Source of the DNA: the human T2T-CHM13v2.0 reference genome, Homo sapiens
NCBI RefSeq assembly: GCF_009914755.1
Contig: NC_060932.1
DNA length: 64,000 nt
Direction: 5' to 3' (one strand)
The translations under genes were made by a program, and so were the position numbers. Below, one piece after another: positions 1-16,401 of this stretch. Below the pieces are notes generated by a model. The model saw only the letters and a program-made list of their open reading frames with translations. It had not been told where the DNA came from and searched no databases. The stretch's first letter is position 1. Each line of letters starts with the position of its first letter.

Positions 1-139
1 TTTATATGTTATATTTAAGCATATATTAACATATACTTATGTACTATAAATATTGTTTATATTTATAATATATAGATATATTATGTCTTATATTTCATAT
101 TTTATACTATTCTTTATATAATATTTTAAAATATTTCAT

Positions 140-1239
140 TTACATATAGTAAGAACCAAACCAGACAATATTACAATTTTTGTTTCAATACCCAAGTATA
201 AGTTAGAAAACTCAAAAGCAGAAATAAAATATTTAAGGATCACTTTTCTTACCATATTCTTTCTTTCTTCCTAAGTTCCAAGATAGCTTCTATAATTATT
301 TTCTCTTTTTGTCCTTTTTAAGCCATGCTTTTAGGATAGGTCTTCTTATTATAACTTTACTTTGTTTTTCTTTAGCTGAGAATGTCTTGATTTTCCCTTA
401 ATTTCTGAAGCACTATTTTGCTGGATATAGGATTCAGGATTGACAGTTCTTTTCTTTCAGCAGTTGAAAAATCTTGTGCCACTTCCTTCTGGCTGTATGA
501 TTTCTGATGAGAAATTCTCTGTCATTTGACTTGTGTTCTCCTATAGGTAAGGTTTTATTTCTCTCTTGCTGCTCTCAAGACTTTTTGCTGTCAAGTTTTC
601 AGAAGCTGACTATGATGTGTCTTGGCAAGGATTTCTTTGAGTTTATCCTCTTTGTATTTCACTTAGTCTCTTAAATCTATAGGATGTATTCTTTCACCAA
701 TTTCAATGAATTTTCGCTATTACGTCTTTCAATATTTTTCAGTTCCCTAATTTTTGTCCTCATTTTTTGGACTCTGAAGACATGAATAGCATATATATAT
801 ATATATAATAATATAATATATATAATATATATATTTGTTTTAGTCTCACAGTTCACTGAATAGTCTTTCCTTTTTTCAATCTTTCTTACAACTTTTATTC
901 TAACTGGTTAATTCTCACAATTCTTTTATCCAGTTCACTGACTCTTCTGTTCTCTTCTTTCTGCTGTTGAGCCATCTATTCAGTTTTTTATTTCTGTTAT
1001 TATATTTATCAGTTCTAAAATTATTATTGTATTCTTTTTTATGTCTTTTATTTCTTCCTAGGGTTTCTGTTTCTTTTCTGAGACTTTCTACACTTTCATT
1101 TGTTCTAAGCATGGTGATAATTGCTTATTGGAACAATTTTGTTGTGACTACTTTAAAATATTTGTCAACTGATTCTAAAATCTATGTCATCTCACTGTTG
1201 GCATCTTTTGAATTTTTTTTCCATTCAGTGTGAGTTTTC
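140..1239 (-). mobile_element. Old L1M (L1MC/L1ME-like) ORF1/5' region, left part; interrupted by the L1PA3
   Basis: Degenerate antisense L1 ORF1-like sequence (GCTGGATATAGGATTCAGGATTGACAGTTCTTTTCTTTCAGC, CTTCTGGCTGTATGATTTCTGATGAGAAAT); continues after 7437. Confidence 0.7.
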
Positions 1240-1491
1240 TTTTTTTCTCTCTCTCTCTTTTTTTTAATTTTTTAAATTTTATTATTATTATACTTTAAGT
1301 TGTAGGGTACATGTGCACAATGTGCAGGTTAGTTACATATGTATACATGTGCCATGCTGCTGTGCTGCACCCATTAACTCATCATTTAGCATTAGGTATA
1401 TCTCCTAAAGCTATCCCTCCCCTGTCCCCCCACCCGACAACAGTCCCCAGAGTGTGATGTTCCCCTTCCTGTGTCCATGTGATCTCATTGT

Positions 1492-5317
<3,826 letters not shown>

Positions 5318-5380
5318 TATGATGTTAGCTGGTTATTGTGCGCGTTCGTTGATGCAGTTTCTTCCTAGCCTTGATGGTCT

Positions 5381-6396
5381 TTACAATTTGGCATGATTTT
5401 GCAGTGGCTGGTACCGTTTTTTCCTTTCCATGTTTAGTGCTTCCTTCAGGAACTCTTTTAGGGTAGGCCTGGTGGTGACAAAATCTCTCAGCATTTGCTT
5501 GTCTGTAAAGGATTTTATTTCACTTTCACTTATGAAGCTTAGTTTGGCTGGATATGAAATTCTGGGTTGAACATTCTTTTCTTTAAGAATGTTGAATATT
5601 GGCCCCCACTGTCTTCTGGCTTTTACAGTTTCTGCCGAGATATCCACTGTTAGTCGGATGGGCTTCCCTTTGTGGCTAACCCGACCTTTCTCTCTGGCTG
5701 CCCATAACATTTTTTCCTTCATTTCAACTTTGGTGAATCTGACAATTATGTGTCTTGGAGTTGCTCTTCTCGAGAAGTATCTTTGTGGTGTTCTCTGTAT
5801 TTCCTGAATCTCAATGTTGGCCTGCCTTGCTAGATTGGGGAAGTTCTCCTGGATAATATCCTGCAGAGTGTTTTCCAACTTGGTTCCATTCTCCCCGTCA
5901 CTTTCAGGTACACCAGTCAGACATAGATTTGGTCTTTTCACATAGTCCCACACTTCTTGGAAGCTTTGTTAGTTTCTTTTTATTCTTTTTTCTCTAAACT
6001 TTCCTTCTCACTTCATTTCATTCATTTCATCTTCCATCACTGATACTCTTTCTTCCAGTTGATCGCATTGGCTCCTGAGGCTTCTGCATTCTTCACATAG
6101 TTCTTGAGCCTTGGCTTTCAGCTCCATCATCTCCTTTAAGCACTTCTCTGTATTGGTTATTCTAGTTATACATTCGTCTAAATTTTTTTCAAAGGTTTCA
6201 ACTTCTTTGCCTTTGGTTTGAATTTCCTCCTTTAGCTCAGAGTAGTTTGATCATCTGAAGCCTTCTTCTCTCAACTTGTCAAAGTCATTCTCCATCCAGC
6301 TTTGTTCCGTTGCTGGTGAGGAGCTGCGTTCCTTTGGAGGAAGAGAGGTGCTCCGGTTTTTAGAGTTTCTAGTTTTTCTCCTCTGTTTTTCCCCAT
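5381..6396 (-). pseudogene. L1 ORF1 (RNA-binding protein), disrupted
   Basis: ATG at 6396; 1-nt loss in the A-run after MGK (span 1016 nt rather than 1017); TAA at 5969-5971; C-terminal part WDYVKRPN...QNHAKL in ORF 5381-5953. Confidence 0.93.
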
Positions 6397-7416
6397 CTTT
6401 GTGGTTTTGTCTACTTTTGGTCTTTGATGATGGTGATGTAAGATGGGTTTTTGGGGTGGATGTCCTTTCTGTTTGTTAGTTTTCCTTCTAACAGACAGGA
6501 TCCTCTGCTGCATGTCTGTTGGAGTTTGCCAGAGGTCCACCCCAGACCCTGTTTGCCTGGGTACCAGCAGCGGTGGCTGCAGAAGAGCCGATTTTCATGA
6601 ACCGCAAATGCTGCTGTCTGATCGTTCCTCTGATAGTTTTGTCTCAGAGGAGTACCCGGCCGTGTGAGGTGTCAGTCTGGGGGGTGCCTCCCAGTTAGGC
6701 TGCTCGGGGGTCAGGGGTCAGGGACCCACTTGAGGAGGCAGTCTGCCCATTCTCAGATCTCCAGCTGCCTGCTTGGAGAACCACTGCTCTCTTCAAAGCT
6801 GTCAGACAGGGACATTTAAGACTGCAGAGGTTACTGCTGTCTTTTTGTTTGTCTGTGCCCTGCCCCCAGAGGTGGAGCCTATAGAGGCAGGCAGGCCTCC
6901 TTGAGCTATTGTGGGCTCCACCCAGTTTGAGCTTCCTGGCTGCTTTGTTTACCTAAGAAAGCCTGGGCAATGGCAGGCGCCCCTCCCCCAGCCTCACTGC
7001 TGCCTTGCAGTTTGATCTCAGACTGCTGTGCTAGCAATCAGGGAGACTCCATGGGCATGGGACCCTCCGAGCCATGTGCAGGATATAATCTCCTGGTGTG
7101 CCATTTTTTAAGCCCGTGGGAAAAGCACAGTATTCGGGTGGGAGTGACCCGATTTTCCAGGTGCCATCTGTCACCCCTTTCTTTGACTAGGAAAGGGAAC
7201 TCCCTGACCCCTTGCACTTCCCGAGTGAGGCAATGCCTTGCCCTGCTTCGGCTTGTGCACGGTGCGCTGCACCCAGTGTCCTGCGCCCACTGTCTGGCAC
7301 TCCCTAGTGAGATGAACCTGGTACCTCACATGGAAATGCAGAAATCACTGGTCTTCTGCGTCGCTCACGCTGGGAGCTGTAGACTGGAGCTGTTCCTATT
7401 TGGCCATCTTGGCTCC
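6397..7416 (-). promoter_or_regulatory. L1 5'UTR with sense and antisense promoters; YY1 site intact
   Basis: GC-rich L1 5'UTR; YY1 motif GCCATCTTGG at 7403-7412; many CpGs decayed to TG/CA. Confidence 0.8.
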
Positions 7417-7431
7417 AGAACTTCAGTTTGA
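6970..7431 (+). CDS. L1 ORF0-like antisense ORF, 153 aa, open past the element end; translation unproven
   Basis: MAGAPPPASLLPCSLISDCCASNQ... matches the primate L1 ORF0 N-terminus; Kozak-like GCAATGG; stop lies within the right TSD. Confidence 0.5.
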   Translation: MAGAPPPASLLPCSLISDCCASNQGDSMGMGPSEPCAGYNLLVCHFLSPWEKHSIRVGVTRFSRCHLSPLSLTRKGNSLTPCTSRVRQCLALLRLVHGALHPVSCAHCLALPSEMNLVPHMEMQKSLVFCVAHAGSCRLELFLFGHLGSRTSV

Positions 7432-7437
7432 GTTTTC

Positions 7438-7860
7438 ACTGGTTCTTGGTATGATGAGTGATCTTCTATTGGAATTACACATTTTTGTTATTTAGTTATG
7501 ATATTCCAAATCTTACATAAACATTATGTTTTATCTAATTGCCATTGATATAGCTTTATCAAAGTAAGGGAGAATGCCATGTTGTTCTTGCCAGATAGGG
7601 GTAGAATTTCAGGTTTACTACTTTACCTCCACTGGAAGTTAAACAGTGGGCTCTTCATAACTACTGTAAAAGAGTAGGAGATCCAGTTCGCCAGTAGGCT
7701 TTCACTGATCCCGCCCTGAGTAGGGTGGGTGGAGTTATCTCATTAACATTTACCTTTAAAATTTCCTTACGTTTGTTTTACATATAATATGCAAATAATT
7801 CAGTCCTACTTAGTGGGAGTAAAAGGGACAGATATGTCTACTCCATCTTCCTAGAGAAGT
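7438..7860 (-). mobile_element. Old L1M 5' region, right part of the element split by the L1PA3
   Basis: GGTTCTTGGTATGATGAGTGATCTTCTATTGG continues the L1M-like sequence ending at 1239. Confidence 0.6.
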
Positions 7861-7879
7861 AGAATTATCCAAGCTTTAT

Positions 7880-10800
7880 AGCTAAACACACATGTAGGTT
7901 GCAAATAAAAGGATACAAATATATATATCTTGTATATAATAATGAAAAAAGAACCCGAATAACTATAGTAATTTTACAAAAAAGGCTTTAAGTCAAAAAT
8001 TGTTTCAAGATACTAAAAAGGGCATTTTATAATGAAAAATGAATCAATTTTTCAAGGAGATATAACAATTATAAGCATATTTGATGATAACAGAGCTCCA
8101 AAAGGTATGGAACAAATGAGGCGAAATCGAAGAGAAAATGGAAGGTACCACCAATTAGTTGTAGACATCAGTACCCCACTGTAACTAATGGGTAGAGCAA
8201 TTAAGCAGAAGAGTAACAATGATATTGACTTGGTCAGCATGATAGGCAACCAGACATGTTGACCTGTTTAGACTCTCCACCCAATTACAGAAGAACATAC
8301 ATTTTTAACTAAAATATGCTAATATCTAAGATCTAACTACAATACACTAATATCTAAGATCACTTGTATGTCAGGTTATAAATCAAGCCTCACTACATTT
8401 AAAATAGTTAAAATAATACAAATTATGTTCTATGAACACAATGGAATAAAATTAGAAATGAATAACAAAAGAACAATTGAAACATATGCAAATATGAGGA
8501 TATTAAAAGCAAATTACTAAATAACCAATGGGTCAAAAAAAATCACGGTGAAATTATAAATTATTGGGAGATAAATAACAATGAAATCTCATCATGCTAA
8601 AACATATGCTACGCAGCTATAGTTTGTTTAGAGAAAAATTTTAACTTCAAATACTATATTAAGTAATAAAAAAATCTTAAATACCTAATCTTTCTCAATA
8701 AGAAATTAGAGAAAGAGCAAAATAAACACAAAGTAAGCAGGAACAAGGACAATTATAAATTTAGACCAGAAATATATAAAAAAAGAATACATAAACAATT
8801 GAGAAAATTAGAAAATCTCAAATTTAGTTTTTTAAAAAGGTTAACAAGAGTGACAAAACTTTAACTAGATAACCAAACAGCGAGAGAGAGAATATTCAAA
8901 TTTTTTAAAATCAGAAATAAAAGAAGGTATATTTTAGAGATTAAAAAGAAAAACGTAACTATAAATAATTGCTAAACATTTACATAATTTAATGAAGTGT
9001 GTAAACTCTGAGAACAACACCAACTAATGAAACTGACTCAAAGATAAATCAATAATTGGAATATACCTAAAAGAAGGAAAGATATTGAAATGGTATTTTT
9101 AAAACACTTCCCACAAGAAAAAGCCCCAAATCAAGAGGTTTGTCTGATGAACTCCATTAAACAATGAAAAAACAATTATTACCAATCTTTCACAATCTTT
9201 TCAAAATATAGAAAAAGGGGAAACACTCCTCTACTTATTTGAGATTCGAATTAGCTTCATAGCAAAACCAAAACCATCAGATGAAAAGAAAGCCATAGAC
9301 CAGTATCCCTAATGGGGGTAGATGAAACAATCTTTAACAGAAAGCTTGCAAACCAAATCCAGCAACATGCAAAAATTGTTATACACCATTATCACTTGGT
9401 ATATATCCCTGGAATGTATGGTAGATATATATCTTAAAATCAATCAGAGCAATACACCGTATTAATTGAATAAGGACAAAAATACATAATCATTGTCATA
9501 GATTCAAAAATAAGAAAAAAATAAATACCATTTCATAATAAGTATACTGAAGAAAACTAAGTATTGAAGGAATGTATGTGTTCCCCCTACAATTAAGAAT
9601 AAGAAAAGGATGTATGCCCTCCCCACTTTCATCAACCTTGTGTTGGAATTTCTAGCCAAGGATAGATGATACAAACTTAAATATAGAAAATGTTCATGAA
9701 TTCACTAAGAAAACTATTGGTACTAACTAGTAAATGACTTCTGCAAGGTTGCAGCATACAATCCCAATGCACAAAAATCAGCTGTATTTTTATATGTTAG
9801 CAATGGATTAGAGTAGGTAAAATTAAGAAAAAATTTCATTTATAACAGTATCAAAAAATTCTAAGGAATACATTTAACAAAAGAAGTGCAAATATTGTGT
9901 ACTGAAAACTACAAAACATGGAAAGAAATTCAAGAAGATTTAAATAAGGGGAGCTACATCCCATGTGCATAAATTAGAAAACTTAATACTTTTAATATGA
10001 CAATACTCCAAAATTAATATGCAGATTTAAGAAATCTCCATCAAAATGCCAACTGCCTTTTTTTCAGAAATGGACAAGTTGATCCTGAATGTATATGAAA
10101 TCCAGTATAGCCAAAATAATCTTGGCAAATAAGTTGGAGAGAACCCCCAGTTCCATATTTCAAAACACTACAAAGCTATGGTCACCATGGCTTTGTGGTA
10201 TTGTCATAAGAATGGACATATAGAACACTGGAATACAATTGAGAGTCTAGAAATGAACCTTATTTATTGTTAACTGTCTTTTACCGTGCTTTTCAACACA
10301 GCAGAATGTGGAAAGGAACAGGTTTTTCAACAAATAGTGCTGGGAAAACCGGTTATTGAATCCAAAAAATTAAGTTGAGTCCTTTCCTCATACCATAAAA
10401 AATTACTTAAAAATGAATCATCAAATATATCTAAGAGCTAAAACTGTAAACCTATTTGAAGAAAACATGGGATTAAATTTTTGTAACCTTGGGTTTGACA
10501 ATTGTGCTTAGACTCCACACCAAAAGCACAAGAATCAAAGGGGAAAAAAATAGACAAATTGGACTTTTTCAAAATTTAAAGCACTTGTGCTGAGTAATAC
10601 TATAAAAAAGGTGAAATACAACTTGCAGATTGGCAGAAACATTTTCAAATCATTTATCTGTTAAGGAGACTGTATGCAAATATATAAAGGGTTTTCAGAG
10701 AAAAAAAAAGAAAAGAAACATAAATACCCCAAATAAAAATTGACAAAGGATTCAAATTGACATTTCTCCAGAGAAGATATTCAAATTGTCAATAAGCACA

Positions 10801-11590
10801 AGAAATGATGCTCAAATCATTAGTCATCAAAATGCAAATCAAAACCACAGTAAAATACAGCTTCCCACTCTATAGGATGGTTATAATATTTTTTTAAAAA
10901 AAGAAACTAGACAATAATAATGATTAGTGAGGATGTAGAGAAATTGGAGCACTCAGATTTTGCTAGTGAGAATGTAAAATGTGGTAACTCATTTAAACAA
11001 AAGTTCAACATTTTCTGAAAAAGTGCAAGCTGAAGTTGTCATATGACCCAGCAATTCCACTTCTAGATATATTCAAGAGCAATTAGAAGATATTCCCAAA
11101 CACACAAAAAAGAAACTCTACACAGATGTTCACTGCAGCATTATTCACAAAAAATCAAAAGTAGGAACAACCCAAATGTTCAACAGGTGATGAATGGGGA
11201 GGAAGAGATATGTCCATATCAGGAAATATTCATCAATAAAGAGAAAAGAAGTACTATCTATGCCACAACATAGGTGCACCTTGAAAATAGTGTATTAAGT
11301 GAACGTAGATAATCACAAAATATCTTATGTGTATGATACTATTTATATGAAATGTCCACAAAAAGCAAACCCATAGAAAGACAAAAAAATAATGCTTATC
11401 AGGCTCTGAAGAGAGAGGAAATGAGGAGTGACTTGTACTGGGTATAGGATATATTTTTGGAGTGATAAAAATGTTCTAAAATTTGATGATGATAGTTGTA
11501 CATCTGTGAATATTCTAAAATCCGTTTACTTGCATGCTTTAAACAGGTGAGTATTATAGTATGTGAACTATATCTCCCTAAGGCTGCTGC
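7880..11590 (+). mobile_element. Old L1MB-like element (degenerate ORF2 plus 3'UTR)
   Basis: A-rich decayed ORF2 (AACCAAATCCAGCAACA, ATGACCCAGCAATTCCACTTCTAG); 3'UTR GTGATAAAAATGTTCTAAAATT...GTATGTGAACTATATCTC. Confidence 0.8.
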
Positions 11591-12065
11591 AGAAAAAAGG
11601 TGAATGACACATAAAGGGGATGTCAAGCCAGGGAACATATTCATTTACACAATAATGACATAAGTAAATCTGACCATAATGGCATTAACAAGAAATAAAC
11701 CTATGAATAATGATGGAGCTATTTGTTTTTCTCTAATGACTGCAAGGCCATTAAGAATATTAGAGTTAAATCTGGCCTGGAAGAAGAGATGACAATCACA
11801 GTAGAAATGAAAGAGAAGCCTATCTTGAAATCAAGAGCCATAATGGAAACATAATAATGCTATTAAGCAAGTGATTTACAGAATGTAATTTTCTCCAGCA
11901 GTTTCAATATTTTTTTGTCCTCACATTCTAAGAGACTCACTTGAGTTATGGTTTAATGATCTATTGAATGTTGCATGGCCATGTTACTGTGGGAAACAGG
12001 TATGCAAATGTAGATGATGACTTAGTTGGCTCTCAATTTTGTTCAGAGGACTCAAGAGTTATTGA

Positions 12066-12186
12066 CCCACTTATGCCATTATTGGAACGCTAAGCGTGTG
12101 GGAGTTGTTTATATTCTACTTCTCAAGGTCATCAGCAAGGTCTGATTGCAAAAATTCAAAAAATTGCGGTCTCAGGCATAAATGGG
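12066..12186 (+). mobile_element. MER85 piggyBac (PGBD3-derived) MITE
   Basis: CCCACTTATGCC...ATTATTGGAACGCTAAGCGTGTGGGAGTT...AAAAATTCAAAAAATTG...AGGCATAAATGGG; terminal inverted repeats; TTGA on both flanks. Confidence 0.92.
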
Positions 12187-12299
12187 TTGAAAGCTTTTAA
12201 GGAGCAAGCAGAATGAGGAAGATAAATTCCAGATTTTATGCCTAAAATGATATCTATAAGTTAGTAGTTTGTCCAAATTCTCAACACTTCCTGCTTTAT

Positions 12300-13918
12300 C
12301 CTATCAGGCTATGACTTTGCTTTGTATCCCACTTAAAACACAGAATGAAGCAAAGCTACACACTACCAAATCTACCCACCTTCCTTGAGTTGTACCCATA
12401 TACTGTGCCTCATCTCCTGCGGCCTCAGATCAATTGTCCAGGTTTCCATCCATGTCCAGCCTCTCCATTTTTGCACCAGATCTCACCCTGCTCAAGAATA
12501 CAGTTTCTACAATTGTCCTCAGATTTGATATCTCAACCATTTCATGCCAGCAATTCTACAAATATATACTAATTTCATAAACCTTGGAAAAACATTCTTG
12601 ATTTCCTATTGATATATTCCTATGCCCCCTTTAAAAAGGAAAAGAAGGATTTCTTTTCCAAAGAGAAGCTGCTTGTAGTAGACTTGCCTGTAGTAACTCT
12701 AATACCTTCACATGCAGGCTCTCATGAAGCCATTCTTATGAAGTTTTTGTTTCCACTTCTCCATAAAACGACTCTTGTAAAGGATTAAAATGGCCTCTGT
12801 GTTGCTAAATTCAATGGTCAATTTCCAGCTGTCATTTTACAAGACTCCCGGGTTTTGCACTCACTTTCTTGGCAACTACAGCTATTTCTTCTTTGCTGGT
12901 TCTACCCCATCTTTCTTACATTTTTATACTGTGGAGTCTCAGGGATGAGTGCCCAGTCATTTTCTCTACCTATCCTGCACACCTTGATCTTCTCATCCAG
13001 ACCACAGTGCTTTACCTACCATCTATGTGCTGACAGAAGCTGAACTTCTATTCTGAACTCTAATTTTTCCCTTAAATCCACACTAATATATGCAGTTCTC
13101 CACTTATCACCTATATGTCTAATATGCGTTCAGATGTAACATGCCCAAAACCAAAATCTTGATCTTTACTTCCAAACCTGCTTTTCCCATAATTTCTCCA
13201 TTTGCAGAGCAACACGTTTTTTCCAGTTATTGAAATCTACTTTCAAATTCAACCCCTTTCCATATAGAAAACTTTGTAACTTCTCCTTCTTTCAATCCAA
13301 TTCTCATAAAGCTCATTCTCAATAGTCTAACCAGAATCATCATTTTCTGACTTTTGTCAATGCCTGTCACTCCTCTGCTCAAAAATTTCCCATGGTTTCC
13401 CATGTCGCTCATAGTAAAACTCATAAAGGCTCATGCAGCATGCAAAGTGTTTTCTTTGATCTCATTGTCTGCCAAGTACTTCTTAATTCATTCCATTCCA
13501 CACAAAATAACCCTTGCTTTTCTTCTGACTCTCCTGGAATGTCCCTATCTCTGGGCCTTTAAAATTATAATTCTTGTGTCTGGAATATTTCCCCACAAAC
13601 ATGGAAATGGCTCACTCCATCTTCCCTTTCAAGTTCCATATACAAGGCAACATGAATTTTCCTTCCCACGGCCCTTTGAGTAGTCTTTGCTGTCTCCTCC
13701 GCTTTATTTCTTGATGGTAACTGTCATATTCTGACATATTGTCCTTAATTTATTTCTGCCCTTAGTCACATTTTGCCTCCTGTCACTGGAAAGTAACTCC
13801 CATCAGGACTGTTTTGTTCCTTTGTTTGTTTTTGTCTGTTTTATTCACTGCTATCTTTTAACAACAACAAAAAAGAGTAGATGCATAGGAAGCATTTGGT
13901 ATTTTATTGAATGGCTGA
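12300..13918 (+). mobile_element. LINE-2 (L2a-like) remnant
   Basis: TTGCTAAATTCAATGGTCAATT, ACCATCTATGTGCTGAC, TGTCACTCCTCTGCTCAAAA; 3' end TTATTCACTGCT...ATTTTATTGAATG. Confidence 0.75.
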
Positions 13919-16242
13919 CTCTTTACATTTTTGAAGATAGCTTATATTTAGTGATATCTGAGGGATCATGATGATCATAAGACTTTTTTTACAAGGGAAA
14001 CTTGTAAGTCTGTGACTTGGTGGAAGCTGTCGGTGGATGGATAGATAGATGTTCATCATCAGTGGATGTTTGATAGGTGGTAAGAATGCAGGTCTAGTAC
14101 TCACATAAGAAATTAGTAAATGAGCAGTGTGAGTTTACATAAAAGGAATCGTTGACACCCTAGGAGTGGAAATGGTTGCCAAGGCTGATCACTGAGGCAG
14201 AGGAAAGATGTGTGGGCATTGTAATGAAGAGTCAAACTTGGATCCATCTTGGTCTCCTGCTTTCTCTTCTAATCACCTGCTATTATTTCCCGTCTACCAT
14301 TACTTCAAAATGGGTATAAAAAGTTTAAAGTGTCAATCTATATCAAATTATTGATAAATAATTGACAAGGTGGGAGTAATTGAAAATTTTTATTTTTCTA
14401 AAGATGCCTGGATACTTAGATATTTAAGGGTTGTTTATTTTTGGTAACCAAAATATAACCTCTATTTTAATAAAGAGATGGCAGAATTACCTTTGAGAAA
14501 AAGTTATTTGCCATACTATTTTCACCCAATTGTAACACTCAACTATATTCTCCTCCTTACCAAGAATGAATTGCTTATTTTTGTTGTTGTTGTTTTATTT
14601 TTTAATAACATGCAAGAACATTTTACATTTTCCCAAAATTTCCAAACCTTTCACATTAGGTGGATTTAATTTGGGAAGATAGAGAAAGTATTTAAAATGT
14701 GTTTGGGAAATAAACTGGCTACACCAAGCATTATGGGGTGAATGGAGGATTTCCAGGGTGAGTTAAGGCAAAGAGAAACTTGCTTATTTACAAATAACAT
14801 GACTAGTGCCACTGAAGCAGATTATTATAAATAAAGCTTCTAAGATCATTATGATGGAGTTACTAAAAACTTTTTTGGTGGAAATATCTAAGGGAATTAG
14901 AATAGTTAAATGAATAACCTCTTCTATTCTCTAGGACAAGTTGCTATTTCACAAAGGAAACTATCAAATATTGAAGGTTTCAAGGGAGCTACTGAGAAAG
15001 CATAGCTATGTCTTCTATATTATAGGGACACCTGAATATATATTATGGGGTATCGTACTCCTGTTGCATGACCTGAGAAAATACTCCTCGGATGAATTAT
15101 TTTATTTAAATAGCTGTCTGGTACACGACAGATATTACAATGTGTCATAAAGTATTGAATATTTTGTAATATTTTCCACTGCCACATGTAAGTTGTAAAC
15201 ACAGTCATGTACATATCAATTATAATTCTAAATTCTTTATTACATATATGTAGTGAAATATATAATAAAATAGCAATGAGTTTGTCAGAAATTTCATATG
15301 CTTTATTACCCTCTAGTTACCCTCCTTGTGATAAGTTCATCGTATTGATTTCATTAAGCACACAAATGTATTAGTCTTTCAATCATCTTGAAATTAAGAC
15401 ATGTTTATGTGATTATTGATGGTCTTTAATAATAATACTAGCAACATCATCTTTCTAAATGTATTCTGAGCATAGCTTTAAGATTTTATAGTTATTTTGA
15501 CAAAATTATGGTTTGAAATAACTTTTTCTGTTTTCACTGCAATATATATAGTTTGGTTGCCACTGGTAATAAATGGGTTACAAATTTCCTTTGGTATTTA
15601 AATGAGAAACCTATTTCTAAAAATCCAAAATGAATTAGTGAGCTCTAGTTTATTTTTTTTTTTTTTAGTAAATATGCCACATAAACCATTAAACAGCCAG
15701 CCACAATTAAAATTAATGCAGGAATTATTTTTTGAAAGTGAACCATTTGGCTCCTCTGGTTATAAGAGTTCATATCCCCTTACTTCTAGCATTTCTTATT
15801 CAGTTTCTTATGGCAAATATTAACTCATTCTAGAGAATACTCAAGAATAGTTTTAAATTGCCCTAATCCATATTTATCATCTGATGTGTGCACAAAGAGA
15901 TAAAAATACTTTTAAAAGTACTTCCAAGTTTATCTTTAATTGTACATTATCAAGAGTAAAATTTTGGCAAAATATATTTATCAATCAGTGCTAAAAGAAC
16001 ATTCATAGATGGTAAGAGTGATTAGTCCTCCTACCTCTTATCCACCATGTATTGAAATAAATTTTCACTACTTACGATGTTTACACGTTGACCAAAAATG
16101 TCTACATTTGAAATTAGTTTCCACATGTTACATATCATAGATTCTAGATAAGTGTATTGAAATTGAAAAAAAATCTAGCTATTATAAATTTTTAAAGACA
16201 TTAATTTTTATGTTATCTGACCTGTTTCTCTTTCCCTTTCAG

Positions 16243-16401
16243 GAGTTGGAATTTTCTAATTTATTTGCTGTTCTTCACTGCATTCATTCCTTCTTTGCTG
16301 CCAAGGTAGCTTGTTTGGACCCTCTATTTTTAGGCAATCAAGCTACTGCTTCTACTGCTGCCAGCTCTGCTACCACGAGCAAAGCAAAGTATACAACTTG
16401 A
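16243..16401 (+). CDS. SNTG1: Gamma-1 syntrophin, terminal coding exon (C-terminal part of the syntrophin-unique domain plus tail)
   Basis: Strong acceptor (CTGAC branch-like site, TTTCTCTTTCCCTTTCAG|GAG, phase 0); 52 codons ELEFSNLFAVLHCIHSFFAAKVACLDPLFLGNQATASTAASSATTSKAKYTT then TGA, recognised as the SNTG1 C-terminus. Confidence 0.93.
   Translation, partial: ELEFSNLFAVLHCIHSFFAAKVACLDPLFLGNQATASTAASSATTSKAKYTT

Noticed and set aside
12002-12009. Octamer ATGCAAAT next to MER85
   Set aside because: The motif recurs many times in this AT-rich window; no supporting context
16210-16242. ATG-initiated N-terminus MLSDLFLFPFQ of the 63-aa ORF
   Set aside because: This is the branch point and polypyrimidine tract; the exon starts after the AG at 16242
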